Counted from the stretch's first letter, positions 17,425 to 27,665 are shown. The stretch is DNA of 64,000 bases from an uncultured Candidatus Saccharibacteria bacterium (GCA_964623775.1 CAZUVH010000001.1:40790-104789), one strand, 5' to 3'. Made by a program: numbers and translations. Notes: generated from the sequence alone by a model not told the origin.

Positions 17425-18957
17425 ATGTTATCAACAAAAATAATCCTTCTACTTCTCGCGGCAGCGGGAGTCACTGGTATTGCGGTCGGCTATTTCGCTC
17501 GACTGATCATTTCACTCGGTAAGCGAGGCTCTATGGAGCTCGAGATTCGCAAAATGCGACTCGACGCCGAGGAAAAAGCAAAACGCATCACCGAAGAAGC
17601 AGAGGTGAAGGCAAAGGAGAAGCACGACCAGCTTACTGCTGAATTCAAGGAGCGCGAGCGCGATCACAAAGCGACAGAAGAGCGCCTCATCCGCAAGGAA
17701 GAGCTTCTCGACAAGCGCCAGACGAATCAAGATACGGAACAGGAGACCCTGACCCGCAAGAATCAGGAGGTCGCTGAAGCGAAGGAGAAGGCAGAGGCTC
17801 TCCTTCGTGCCCAGCAAGAAAAACTCGAGAAGATCGCATCGCTCTCCGTCGAGGAGGCGAAGAACGAGCTCCTCAAATCAGTCGAGCAGCAATACGAGAA
17901 AGATATCGAGAGTCGCATGCGCAAGCTTGAGATCGCGGCCGACAACAAGATCGAACAGAAGGCCAATGAGATCCTCACGACTGCCGTACATCGCCTCGGC
18001 AATTCCGTCGTCTCTGATGTCCTCGCGACGACCGTGACGATCCCCAACGACGAGATCAAGGGCAAGATCATCGGCAAGGAGGGTCGCAATATTCGGCAAT
18101 TCGAACGCTCAACCGGTGTCGACGTGATCATCGACGACACGCCGGGCACGATTACCCTCTCTTCGTACGACCCGATTCGCCGCCAGATCGCCCGTATCGC
18201 GCTCGAGAATTTGATTCTCGACGGTCGCATCCAGCCGGCAAAGATCGAAGAGTCTGTGCAAAAGGCTGAGCAGGAGATCAACAACATCATCAAGAAAAAG
18301 GGTGCTGAGGCTGCGTACAACGCCAAGGTCCCGAATCTCGATCCGAAGCTCCTCATGATCCTCGGCCGCTTGTACTTCCGCACAAGCTACGGCCAGAATG
18401 TGCTCGACCATTCCGTAGAGGTCGCCCATCTCGCCGCCATGCTCGCAGCAGAGCTCGGTGCAGATGAAGCTGTCGCCCGCGCTGGCGCGCTCTTCCACGA
18501 CATCGGCAAGGCCGTCGACCATGAGGTCCCAGGTACGCACGTAGAGATCGGCCGCCGCATCCTTCAGAAATTCGGTATTTCAGAAGCAGTGGTCAAGGCG
18601 ATGCAGGCGCACCACGAGGAATATCCGTACGAGACTCCGGAATCCATGATCGTGCAGGTAGCCGATGCGATCTCTGGCGGACGCCCAGGCGCTCGCCGCG
18701 ATAGCGTTGAGAACTACATTAAGCGCCTCGAAGAGCTCGAAGCGATCGCCAACAACCAGCCAGGCGTCGAGAAAAGCTATGCAATCGCCGCAGGCCGCGA
18801 AATCCGCGTCATTGTGAAGCCGGAAGCCCTCTCCGACCTCGAGTCCCGCAAGCTTGCGCGCGATATCGCCGACAAGATCGAGAAAGAACTCCAGTATCCG
18901 GGCGAGATTAAAGTGAGTGTAATTAGAGAGATGAGGGTCATAGAATACGCGCGATAA
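17425..18957 (+). CDS. rny: Ribonuclease Y
   Basis: TM, coiled coil, KH (IIGKEGRNIR), HD (HDIGKA), RPGARR. Confidence 0.97.
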   Translation: MLSTKIILLLLAAAGVTGIAVGYFARLIISLGKRGSMELEIRKMRLDAEEKAKRITEEAEVKAKEKHDQLTAEFKERERDHKATEERLIRKEELLDKRQTNQDTEQETLTRKNQEVAEAKEKAEALLRAQQEKLEKIASLSVEEAKNELLKSVEQQYEKDIESRMRKLEIAADNKIEQKANEILTTAVHRLGNSVVSDVLATTVTIPNDEIKGKIIGKEGRNIRQFERSTGVDVIIDDTPGTITLSSYDPIRRQIARIALENLILDGRIQPAKIEESVQKAEQEINNIIKKKGAEAAYNAKVPNLDPKLLMILGRLYFRTSYGQNVLDHSVEVAHLAAMLAAELGADEAVARAGALFHDIGKAVDHEVPGTHVEIGRRILQKFGISEAVVKAMQAHHEEYPYETPESMIVQVADAISGGRPGARRDSVENYIKRLEELEAIANNQPGVEKSYAIAAGREIRVIVKPEALSDLESRKLARDIADKIEKELQYPGEIKVSVIREMRVIEYAR

Positions 18958-19001
18958 AAAGTCTCCGCCTGCCCCGTAGTCAGCTTTGCTGTACTAATGG
19001 G

Positions 19002-19043
19002 GTCATTCGCGAGATGCGCGTGATCGAATACGCTCGATAAAAA
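19002..19043 (+). repeat. Synonymous duplicate of the rny 3' end (VIREMRVIEYAR*)
   Basis: 34/42 identical to 18919-18960; all differences synonymous. Confidence 0.9.
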
Positions 19044-19225
19044 CGACACGTGTCATAAGTGTAACCAAAAAATGGCTCTGTGGAGCCATTTTTTGCGTTC
19101 ATGGATTTTATGCCTTAAAGCCTGTGTATATATGCACTTACTTGATTGACAGGCTGAAAATACGGCTCAAAATGGTAAAAGAGTGGTCGAGAGGAGACTT
19201 TTTAACCATTTAATCAATACACACT

Positions 19226-19501
19226 ATGGCAAATAAAATGGATTTAGTAGATCGCGTACACTCGACAATCGGCTGCACCAAGGCCGATGCTGAGCGCGCC
19301 GTGGAATCGATGATCACCATGATCACTGAGACCCTCAAGAAGGGCGAGGAGGTATCTGTCGCCGGCTTGGGCATCTTCGAGGCAAAGACGCGTGCCGGCC
19401 GCATGGGACGCAATCCCCGCACCGGTGCGACGATTCAGATTCAGTCGATGCGCGTGCCAAAATTCCGCGCTTCAAAGACCTTGAAAGACGCGATCAAATA
19501 A
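19226..19501 (+). CDS. hup: DNA-binding protein HU
   Basis: GLGIF, RMGRNPRTG, VPKFRASKTLKDAI. Confidence 0.95.
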   Translation: MANKMDLVDRVHSTIGCTKADAERAVESMITMITETLKKGEEVSVAGLGIFEAKTRAGRMGRNPRTGATIQIQSMRVPKFRASKTLKDAIK

Positions 19502-19520
19502 TTTCTCCCTCTGAGAAATA

Positions 19521-19548
19521 CAAAAACCGCTCAGCTGAGCGGTTTTTG
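19521..19548. terminator. Bidirectional terminator
   Basis: caaaaaccgctc-agct-gagcggtttttg. Confidence 0.8.
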
Positions 19549-19552
19549 CTCT

Positions 19553-20284
19553 TTACTCGATCGACATGCGCCAGAGAGCTTCATAGATCTTCCGGAAGGA
19601 ATCTGCGGTGGACACACTTTCCATCACGACAGCAAAGTAGTCCTGCTTGATAGAGGTGATGATGACGCGGTTTCCATAAATGCCTATATCTGTTTCAAAT
19701 GGCGAGAATTCTGGGGGTAAAAACCTGACTTTTCGGTACTGTCCGCGGACTTTTTCGCCGTACTCTCTGCCTTCCGGAGTATCAAGTATCAGTTCCCTGA
19801 AATAAAATTCGTCCGACAGTGTTTTAAAGTCAACTCGACGGTACGTTTTCTCAAATACCTCTTGTGCAAGCTCCGCACTACTCAAAAAAAGGGCCTCGCC
19901 CTTGGTGATAAACCAATCGTCATAGGCTTTGTCTGCCCCTTCCTTTCCTTCAAAAATGAGGACCCGCGGCTTATTCTTTCCCTTCACAAAGAGTGTCTCC
20001 AACTGTGGAATAGCTTCTCGGATTTCCTTCAAGCGCATTTCTGCTTCAGAAACCAAGTATTTCGGATTTTGTGCAATATAGTATGTATGTTTCCCACGCT
20101 TGAATTGAGAAACGAAACCTTTTTCGGAAAGTTGATCCAATATCAGATATGCCGTCGGCCGCTTCAGAAGCGACTTTTGTGCAACCGCCGCGACTGTCCC
20201 TTCCCCGATTTCCAGGAGAGCCAAGTAAGCACTCTGCTCTTTCGGAGTAAGGCCTAAGTGCTGCAGGGGTTCGAAAGCTACCAT
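19553..20284 (-). CDS. TrmB-family transcriptional regulator
   Basis: LGLTPKEQSAYLALLE, LKRPTAY, IFEGKEG, DIGIYGNRV. Confidence 0.88.
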   Translation of the reverse strand: MVAFEPLQHLGLTPKEQSAYLALLEIGEGTVAAVAQKSLLKRPTAYLILDQLSEKGFVSQFKRGKHTYYIAQNPKYLVSEAEMRLKEIREAIPQLETLFVKGKNKPRVLIFEGKEGADKAYDDWFITKGEALFLSSAELAQEVFEKTYRRVDFKTLSDEFYFRELILDTPEGREYGEKVRGQYRKVRFLPPEFSPFETDIGIYGNRVIITSIKQDYFAVVMESVSTADSFRKIYEALWRMSIE

Positions 20285-20391
20285 TCTAACAAGAATGGCC
20301 CGAGAAACAATAAATGTCAATAAAACTGACATTATATGTCCAGGTATTGGCTAAAGTTCATTGAAATTTGCTCCAAAATTACCTAAATTTA

Positions 20392-20420
20392 TTGACATAT
20401 ATGCACTTCAGGGGTAAAAT
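20392..20420 (+). promoter_or_regulatory. Sigma70 promoter TTGACA-17-TAAAAT
   Basis: Divergent from the TrmB gene; TGTCA/TGACA inverted motif at ~20314-20332. Confidence 0.7.
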
Positions 20421-20449
20421 ATTCACGGTTGAACAACGGAGCACCGCAC

Positions 20450-20866
20450 ATGTCAGCATCATTAAGGGTCCTTACCGTCGGCATGACTATCTTTTCGATT
20501 ATCATTGCCCTACTTCTCTTGGACGTCATCTTCGGCCAGGCGAACAGGGAGGACGTTGGGCGCTGTCGGGCGGAAAGTCTTGTACTCACTGAAACTGCCA
20601 CTCGAGCTGGAATCTCGCGAATCGTTGATCGCGCAAAGGTCTCCTGTCCGCAACTCGCCCTCCGGATGGAAGACAGCATCATCTGGATCGAGGACAAAAA
20701 ATTTTGTTCTGATCCCAACAGCAAATTTTGTCGCGATCGGATTCTTGCAGATCTCAGCAATACGCGCATCGGAGACGTTTTCAAGTGCACTCAGGTGATC
20801 TACACAGACTACTCTCGATACCTAAAAGTGTTCTGGATTGAGAACTGTGCCCGAAAAACCGACTAA
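20450..20866 (+). CDS. Membrane-anchored Cys-rich exported protein
   Basis: N-terminal TM helix, six Cys, GGAG SD, terminator after. Confidence 0.65.
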   Translation: MSASLRVLTVGMTIFSIIIALLLLDVIFGQANREDVGRCRAESLVLTETATRAGISRIVDRAKVSCPQLALRMEDSIIWIEDKKFCSDPNSKFCRDRILADLSNTRIGDVFKCTQVIYTDYSRYLKVFWIENCARKTD

Positions 20867-20941
20867 TCACTGCACCGGCGCCTCAATTGAGACGCCGGAC
20901 TTTTTTGTATTACGGCAACCATCGTGTAAAGTGACACTAAA

Positions 20942-21012
20942 GCGGGATTAGTTTAATGGCAAAATAGCGGTTTTCCAAACCGCGGTCGGGGGTCCGATTC
21001 CCCCATCCCGCA
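20942..21012 (+). tRNA. tRNA-Gly(TCC)
   Basis: Cloverleaf; anticodon arm gcggt-TTTCCAA-accgc. Confidence 0.93.
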
Positions 21013-21041
21013 CAAATTCCAAAAATGTATAATGACCGCAC

Positions 21042-22220
21042 ATGAGGTTCCTTGGCGTGTATTTTTTTACTTTTTTGACGCTGCTTGTGGCGGGAGGAAT
21101 TTTGTACCTCAGTGCGGGCGCGCGCACAGATTTTCGAAGAGAGATTGAACGCCCCTCGGGGCAGATCTCTACGAGCTCCGTGCCGGGCATTGCATCATCG
21201 ACACCTCTGCGGGCCGCATCGACTACCGCGACTTCCACGATAAAAAAGGTAGCGACTGCACCCAAAAAACCAAGCGTTGAGGCCCCGGAAACGGCGGAAG
21301 AAGCTTCCCTTCCCCCTGCCGATCCCAACATGGCGACCCGCATAAATGATCCCTATCCATTTCCACCCCTCCCCGCCGAAACAATCAACGAAAAGGCCCG
21401 CGAGGCGCTTGTAAATATCTTTTGTGTGCCAAGTGGCGGTAGTATGAGGCCCACCTCCGGGAGCGGAATAATCATCGACCCTCGCGGCGTGATCCTGACC
21501 AACGCCCACGTGGCCCAGTACGTCCTCCTCTCTCAGAGCCAAAATATCGATCTCTCCTGCACCATTCGTTCAGGCTCGCCCGCTGCTCCAAAGTGGCGTG
21601 CTGAAGTGATGTATCTTCCACCAGTCTGGGTACAAGAGCACGTACAAGAGATAAAGTCGCAGCGAGCGTATGGGACGGGCGAGCACGATTACGCTCTCCT
21701 CCTTATCACTCAACCACTAGAAGGTCTGCCGCCTGCAGCCTATCCGTACCTCCCTATCGATACGAGACATGCGATCGGCTTCGAGGGTGATCCTGTCCTC
21801 GTCGCAAGCTATCCTGCCGAGCTTATTGGCGGATTTGCAGCCCAAAATAGCCTCTATGCGATCTCCTCTCATACAACAATCCAGAAACTCCTCACATTTG
21901 TCGCTCAGACGATTGACCTGATCTCCCTCGGTGGCGTCATTGGGGCCCAAAGCGGGTCTTCCGGCGGGGCCGCCGTCAATGCATGGGGGCGCCTCGTTGG
22001 GCTCGTGGTCACGACCAGCGCCGGCGACACCACTGGCGAACGCGACCTCCGTGCCCTTACCTTGAGCTATATAGACCGTGATTTGGCGGTACAGACGGGT
22101 CACAATCTGACGGAGATACTCAGCGCCGATGTAAACATCCTGACATCTGATTTCAGGCAAAAAACCGTCCCTACCCTCATAAAAAAATATATCGATACCC
22201 TCACTGGCTCGAGTCAGTAA
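21042..22220 (+). CDS. Trypsin-like (S1) serine protease, membrane-anchored
   Basis: GSGIII, TNAHV, DYAL, GSSGG. Confidence 0.85.
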   Translation: MRFLGVYFFTFLTLLVAGGILYLSAGARTDFRREIERPSGQISTSSVPGIASSTPLRAASTTATSTIKKVATAPKKPSVEAPETAEEASLPPADPNMATRINDPYPFPPLPAETINEKAREALVNIFCVPSGGSMRPTSGSGIIIDPRGVILTNAHVAQYVLLSQSQNIDLSCTIRSGSPAAPKWRAEVMYLPPVWVQEHVQEIKSQRAYGTGEHDYALLLITQPLEGLPPAAYPYLPIDTRHAIGFEGDPVLVASYPAELIGGFAAQNSLYAISSHTTIQKLLTFVAQTIDLISLGGVIGAQSGSSGGAAVNAWGRLVGLVVTTSAGDTTGERDLRALTLSYIDRDLAVQTGHNLTEILSADVNILTSDFRQKTVPTLIKKYIDTLTGSSQ

Positions 22221-22271
22221 TCCCTGCGAGTGTGAAATGTGTGATAATATGCCCAAGTTCACATAACTTTT

Positions 22272-22345
22272 CGGGGCGTAGTATACCGGTAGTACGCTTG
22301 CTTTGGGAGCAAGTAGACCGAGTTCGATTCTCGGCGCCCCGACCA
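22272..22345 (+). tRNA. tRNA-Pro(TGG)
   Basis: Cloverleaf, TTTGGGA loop, encoded CCA. Confidence 0.95.
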
Positions 22346-22404
22346 AAAGGTAGTATCTATAAAGGACATGCTGTAGGACACCGTGTCCTATAATGGCTCT
22401 GGGC

Positions 22405-22791
22405 CTACATTACCTGCTCATATAGCCTGCAGGACGCCCGCCGCGTCGAGGTGTTTAAGTATACCGTCACGACATCGATCTGAAAGTCCCTATCGTCCCG
22501 CTTGGTTTCCATATAGAGCTGGGCAGTCCTGGCGACTTTGCCAAGCTTAGACTCGTTGGCGAGCTCCTCGGCTGAGTTATACATTCTTTCACGTGTAACG
22601 TCTGGCGACGTGTCACGTGAAACTGTCTTGACCTCTACAAAGCGGACTTCCCCGCCCTTTTCCGCAATTATATCGATCTCTCCCCAGGGTTTCCTGAAGT
22701 TGCGCTCGATAATCTTGAACCCCTTGCGCTCGAGAAATTGGGCGGCAATTCCCTCTCCAATGTCCCCTGTTTTTCTCTTTTCGGTAACCAC
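22405..22791 (-). CDS. yraN: YraN (UPF0102) family endonuclease
   Basis: GDIGE, GEIDII, FVEVK. Confidence 0.9.
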   Translation of the reverse strand: MVTEKRKTGDIGEGIAAQFLERKGFKIIERNFRKPWGEIDIIAEKGGEVRFVEVKTVSRDTSPDVTRERMYNSAEELANESKLGKVARTAQLYMETKRDDRDFQIDVVTVYLNTSTRRASCRLYEQVM

Positions 22792-23090
22792 AGTCGGGAT
22801 TATATGCCAGATGCGCCATTAGCTATAATTTGGATGCTTTCACGTGAAAACATGCCTAAAACGTTACGTAGTAACATATTTCGTCCTTTATTTGGTCTGG
22901 AATTGGTATTAAATGGCTTAAAATAAGACTATTACAGACAAAAGGACGTTTTGGTAAGAAACATGTATCGAACGTCCTTTATCCCCATATCCCCAGAGTT
23001 TTCCCCAGTTATGCACATCCTGTACTTTTGCGTGCTTCTGGAAGTCCGATCAGGGGAGTCGGTGCATGTCTGCGTCTTTTACGTGTAACA
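22585..23090. promoter_or_regulatory. Cluster of parS-like palindromes and DnaA-box-like 9-mers
   Basis: tctttcacgtgtaacg, cgtgtcacgtgaaact, gctttcacgtgaaaac, tcttttacgtgtaaca; ttatcccca and ttatgcaca at 22979-23017. Confidence 0.55.
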
Positions 23091-23313
23091 GACAATTTCA
23101 CGCGCTCTTCATCCGGCTTGAGTTTAATACTGCCTGGCTTACTGCTGTGCGCTCTTTTCTTGTGATGCATGTGCTCCTTTTGATCTTTCGAATTCACACA
23201 AGCCCTGTCGGTCGATCTGGGTGAAAATTTTCACGACTGCGATCATGAAAAATTTATGAAATATCTTTTTGCTTGACGCAAGTCGTGGCCGTGTAATACG
23301 TTTTCCAGCATCT

Positions 23314-24363
23314 ATGAATACCTCAAAAATCGGGTTGCAAAAACTCCTCATAACAACTGGAGTTGTTTTTGTCGTTCTTTTTTCGTGGATAATGCCGGTC
23401 GTCGCGAGCGCTGCAGAAATGTCAGCAAATGCATCCGCTCAAACGGTCCAGCTGCTTCCTCCGAATGTCGGCAATACGTGTCCACAGCTTCAGACGCCGA
23501 TTTTCAAGGCGTACGTATATGACAACGCGGTCAATTCATTCGATGTAACGATTGCAGATCCATCGTACGTCGCGATCGCAGGCACGATAGGGGAGACACA
23601 GATCCCATTCAACCTCATGACGAGATTCGTCGATGCGTCCGGCATACTCCACATGCATGTGGATACCGAGGCCGTATCAGTGCGTGGCACACTGCCAGTT
23701 ACGCTCACACTCCTTTCCGTTCGTCCCGACAAAACTGTCTGCGCCGCCACTATCTCGGCGACGCTCGTCGGTAGTTCCTCTGGATCGAGCGTTTCTTCTC
23801 CTACAGGGAGCGGCTCTGGTCAGAGCACCTACACGCCGCCGGCGAAAGGTCAGAAGCCTGTCATGGGCAAGCCTGACGTCGTGGGTGGCATCATTGATAC
23901 CAAGTCTCCAGACGGGGAAGTTGTAAAAAGCGTCGGCATACAAAATGCACTTGCTATGGTGTGCGCGACCGCAAGCGGTGCCACGCGCCTCTGGACCGTC
24001 CTTTTGGCCGTGTACCTGCTCATTGTCGCAGCGACAATCCTTGCACAGCCGAGCAACAAGCCTTCGGATCAATCATCTGTGCTCCTTGGCGCAGCGATTG
24101 TGATCCCGCTCATCGTTCTTTTAGGAGTATGGGGATCTGCTGCTTCGTGCAGGGTAGGGATGTGGGCACCAATCGCCGCCCTCGCAATAGCGGCCGTCGG
24201 GTTCGCACTCGGATTCCGCAACCACAATCAATTTTCAAAGACATTCACACCTGTGCAGGCTCCCAAATCTCCACCAATGCCGTCGACAAAGCCACTGATC
24301 ACTCCTCCACCCAAGTCTCCACCTCCTCCGCCTCCCACACCAAAGAGCGACAAAGACAAGTAA
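23314..24363 (+). CDS. Exported/membrane protein with three C-terminal TMs and a Pro-rich tail
   Basis: Signal peptide, Ser/Gly linker, TM helices. Confidence 0.7.
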   Translation: MNTSKIGLQKLLITTGVVFVVLFSWIMPVVASAAEMSANASAQTVQLLPPNVGNTCPQLQTPIFKAYVYDNAVNSFDVTIADPSYVAIAGTIGETQIPFNLMTRFVDASGILHMHVDTEAVSVRGTLPVTLTLLSVRPDKTVCAATISATLVGSSSGSSVSSPTGSGSGQSTYTPPAKGQKPVMGKPDVVGGIIDTKSPDGEVVKSVGIQNALAMVCATASGATRLWTVLLAVYLLIVAATILAQPSNKPSDQSSVLLGAAIVIPLIVLLGVWGSAASCRVGMWAPIAALAIAAVGFALGFRNHNQFSKTFTPVQAPKSPPMPSTKPLITPPPKSPPPPPPTPKSDKDK

Positions 24364-24366
24364 TCG

Positions 24367-24395
24367 ATAAAGACTCCCCTAGGGGAGTCTTTATC
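24367..24395. terminator. Terminator hairpin
   Basis: ataaagactcccc-ta-ggggagtctttat. Confidence 0.75.
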
Positions 24396-24397
24396 TT

Positions 24398-24471
24398 TGG
24401 TGCGGATACGGGGAATCGAACCCCGATCTCCACCTTGGCAAGGTGGCGTTCTACCACTAAACCATATCCGC
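24398..24471 (-). tRNA. tRNA-Gly(GCC)
   Basis: gcggatatgg...ttgccaa...ggttcgattcc...gcacca. Confidence 0.95.
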
Positions 24472-24639
24472 TAATTTCGAACGCTTAGTAAACCACTAAA
24501 ACTAACTACTATCGGGTACGCTTGGCGACAGTATCATCCACCGAAGCCATATCCGCGATTGCGCTTGATTATACAGAAGAAGTGACGGTCGGCAATTTTT
24601 TGTTGTATCTGAGCGGCCTCAGGGTATGATAGGAGCCAC

Positions 24640-24711
24640 GCTCCGATGGTGAAACGGATATCACGGCAGTCTTCGGAACTGCTATTCCAGGTTCGAATCC
24701 TGGTCGGAGCA
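24640..24711 (+). tRNA. tRNA-Arg(TCG)
   Basis: gcagt-CTTCGGA-actgc anticodon arm, GGTTCGAATCC. Confidence 0.93.
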
Positions 24712-24736
24712 CAACGCAATGAGCTACAATACGTCG

Positions 24737-26209
24737 ATGCAGACACACGATCTACGAGTCCCCGATACGGTCAAGAAGCTCGCTGAGACTCTAAAAACGG
24801 CCGGGTATGAGGCATATCTGGTAGGAGGGTGTGTGAGAGACCTCGTGCTCGAACGTACGCCAAAAGATTGGGATATCACGACCAACGCCACACCCGAAGA
24901 CATCCAGAAACTCTTCGCGGAGACGTTCTATGAGAACGATTACGGCACAGTCGGCGTGGTGACAGATTCGGAAGATCCACGGCTCAAGGTGGTGGAAATC
25001 ACTCCCTATCGTATCGAAGGGAAGTACTCCAACGCGAGACATCCCGACGAGGTGAAATTCAGCGACACGCTTTCCGACGATCTCAAACGACGCGATTTCA
25101 CGATCAATGCGATCGCATACGACCCGCTTTCGCACGGATTGATTGATGAGCACGGAGGCCAAGAAGATCTCAAACGTCGCGTCATCAAGACAGTGGGGAA
25201 TCCAGAGGAGCGTTTCGCCGAAGACGCGCTCCGCATGCTTCGAGCGGTGCGCATTTCTGCCGAACTCGACTTCGTGATTGAGGCGCAGACGGCTACCGGC
25301 ATCCTTGCATCAGCGGCACAATTGCAAAAAATTTCACGCGAGCGCGTGCGCGACGAACTCATCAGAATCCTCATGAGTCCGCGCCCCATGCAAGCGCTCT
25401 ATGTAGCCCAAAAGCTTGGCATATTAGGTGCCATTATCCCTGAGCTCGAGCAGTCGATCGGTGTCGACCAGAATCAGGCACACTCGTACGACGTATTCGA
25501 GCACTTGCTTCGATCGATGCAGCACGCAGCTGACAAAGAGTGGCCACTTGAAGTACGCCTCGCTGCGCTTTTGCATGACATCGGCAAACCAGCATCAAGG
25601 CGATGGTCTGACGAGAAAAAAGATTGGACCTTCCACGGGCACGAAGTGATCGGTGCAAAAATGGCGAAAAAAATCATGAGCGATTTGCGCCTCCCGAATG
25701 AAACGGTGGAAATGGTGACGAGACTTATTCGCTGGCATATGTTTTTCTCCGATCCCGAAAAAGTCACGCTCTCGGCCGTGCGTCGCATCATTGCAAATGT
25801 CGGTCAAGAACACATTAAAGACCTCCTCAATCTACGTATTTGTGACCGTATTGGTACAGGACGTCCTAAGGAACAGCCGTTTCGCCTGCGTAAATACATG
25901 TCGATGGTGGATGAGGCTCTCCGTGACCCGATTTCCGTAGCAATGCTCGCGATAGACGGGACAAAGATCATTGATATGGGTATTGCAAAGCCGGGACCGC
26001 GCATCGGATGGATCTTGCACGCACTTCTCGAAGAAGTACTTGACGATCCGAAGAAAAATACGCCCGACTATCTTTCAGAACAAGCGACAAATCTCGCAAA
26101 ATTACCCGACGAAGAGTTGAAAAAAATAGGGGAGAAGGGCAAGAGCCGGCGCGAGGAAGAGGATGAGGCGGTAATACGCGGCCTCCGGGAAAAGCATCAC
26201 GTGGATTAA
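24737..26209 (+). CDS. cca: CCA tRNA nucleotidyltransferase with HD domain
   Basis: LVGGCVRD, DWD, RRDFTINA, EDALRMLRA, LLHDIGK. Confidence 0.9.
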   Translation: MQTHDLRVPDTVKKLAETLKTAGYEAYLVGGCVRDLVLERTPKDWDITTNATPEDIQKLFAETFYENDYGTVGVVTDSEDPRLKVVEITPYRIEGKYSNARHPDEVKFSDTLSDDLKRRDFTINAIAYDPLSHGLIDEHGGQEDLKRRVIKTVGNPEERFAEDALRMLRAVRISAELDFVIEAQTATGILASAAQLQKISRERVRDELIRILMSPRPMQALYVAQKLGILGAIIPELEQSIGVDQNQAHSYDVFEHLLRSMQHAADKEWPLEVRLAALLHDIGKPASRRWSDEKKDWTFHGHEVIGAKMAKKIMSDLRLPNETVEMVTRLIRWHMFFSDPEKVTLSAVRRIIANVGQEHIKDLLNLRICDRIGTGRPKEQPFRLRKYMSMVDEALRDPISVAMLAIDGTKIIDMGIAKPGPRIGWILHALLEEVLDDPKKNTPDYLSEQATNLAKLPDEELKKIGEKGKSRREEEDEAVIRGLREKHHVD

Positions 26210-26526
26210 GGCCGCACATAAGAAAAACCGCCTCGCGGGATAATTCGTTCGTTTTTTCTTTTTTGAACAAATCATCGCCGCGAGGCGGCTTTGTGTGGTT
26301 TGTCTTTTCCTTTAAAGATCTCGGTTAATGATGTACCTTAGCATCCAATACGGAACAGAGGTTCCGTTATAATTTTTTTTGCTGTGGTACTTATATACCG
26401 TTTAATTCCTTGATGGAATTAAGGACGACAAAACCTGAAAGAGCGACTGAGATTGATTCTAATATGTCCGATACAAGTGTAAAGGACATGCGTGTGGATA
26501 ACTTGTCCTTTATAAAGGACGCGGCT

Positions 26527-27324
26527 TCATAGGCTGATCTCGAGCAGAATGGGGCAGTGGTCTGACCCACAGAGATCGGCGTGGATCTCAGATTTTTTGA
26601 CCTTCTTCTTCAATGACTCGCTCACAAACCAGTAGTCTATTCTCCAGCCAATATTACGAGCCCTCGCATTACCAAAGTTGCTCCACCAACTATAGTGACC
26701 GTTTCCTTTGTGGAACATGCGGAAGGTGTCTATAAAACCAGCATCTATGACTTTCTGGAGACCCTCCCGCTCTTCCTTCGTGAAACCATGCTCTCCCTCG
26801 TTGGCCTCTGGCCTCGCGAGGTCTTCGGCGGTATGGGCGACATTGAGATCTCCGCAAAAAATGACCGGCTTCTTCTTTTCGAGCTGTTTCACGAATACCA
26901 AAAAGGCAGGGTCCCAATGCTTGTGCCGCAGGGGAAGGCGGCTCAGGTCGGGCTTTGAGTTCGGTGTGTACACGTTTACCACATAAAAGTCCTCGTATTC
27001 GGCGGCAATGACACGCCCCTCCTTGTTGGGATCGCCATATCCATCTACGAGGTGGAATTTTTTGATGATCTCCTCAGGGAAGCCGAGAATAACGCTTAAA
27101 GGCTTCGTTTTCGTAAAAATTGCCGTCCCTGCATAGCCCTTTTTACCTGCGGATGAGTGCCAATACTCTTCATATTGAGGGAGGTCTACTTCAGACTGGT
27201 GCTGCTCTGCCTTGGTCTCCTGGAGGCACAAAATATCGGGTTTCAGGGTTTCGATGACCGGCAGAAGCAAATTCTTCTTGTGTACTGCCCGTATGCCATT
27301 TACGTTCCATGAAACGAGTTTCAT
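26527..27324 (-). CDS. xth: Exodeoxyribonuclease III / AP endonuclease
   Basis: SWNVNG, LQETK, GDLN, GWRIDY, SDHCP. Confidence 0.96.
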   Translation of the reverse strand: MKLVSWNVNGIRAVHKKNLLLPVIETLKPDILCLQETKAEQHQSEVDLPQYEEYWHSSAGKKGYAGTAIFTKTKPLSVILGFPEEIIKKFHLVDGYGDPNKEGRVIAAEYEDFYVVNVYTPNSKPDLSRLPLRHKHWDPAFLVFVKQLEKKKPVIFCGDLNVAHTAEDLARPEANEGEHGFTKEEREGLQKVIDAGFIDTFRMFHKGNGHYSWWSNFGNARARNIGWRIDYWFVSESLKKKVKKSEIHADLCGSDHCPILLEISL

Positions 27325-27452
27325 GTGACAAACCATACCATATTTGATCGGTTCATCCCGCCCTTTCCAGAGAGGGGGCGGATTCACCTGAAAGTCATCG
27401 CGGATAGGGTACAAGTGAAAGCCCGACCCGATAGCAACTAGCAACCATCGCC

Positions 27453-27665
27453 ATGAAAAATTCAAATAATAGCCGCAAAATAAGCATTTTTGAGCCGGTT
27501 CATGAGAAAGGTAGCCGCGAATGGCGGACCTTTGAGGCTATTCGAGACGAACTCGCTAAAAAACCGCAGGAAGCCCCTCGAAGGAGGCCGCAGCCCGGGT
27601 ACATTGAGCCGCTCCCCCAAGCTCCACGACCCGTGCGACCATCGCCCGAATTTGGTCGGGGTTAA
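27453..27665 (+). CDS. Small hypothetical protein
   Basis: ATG ORF filling the gap, overlapping the recombinase stop. Confidence 0.4.
   Translation: MKNSNNSRKISIFEPVHEKGSREWRTFEAIRDELAKKPQEAPRRRPQPGYIEPLPQAPRPVRPSPEFGRG

Noticed and set aside
2041-19043. Diversity-generating retroelement (Avd-like gene plus rny repeat pair)
   Set aside because: No reverse transcriptase; the rny repeat differences are all synonymous and not restricted to adenines
23009-23197. 62 aa basic ORF on the minus strand
   Set aside because: No recognisable motif; overlaps parS-like and DnaA-box-like sites; cannot be supported
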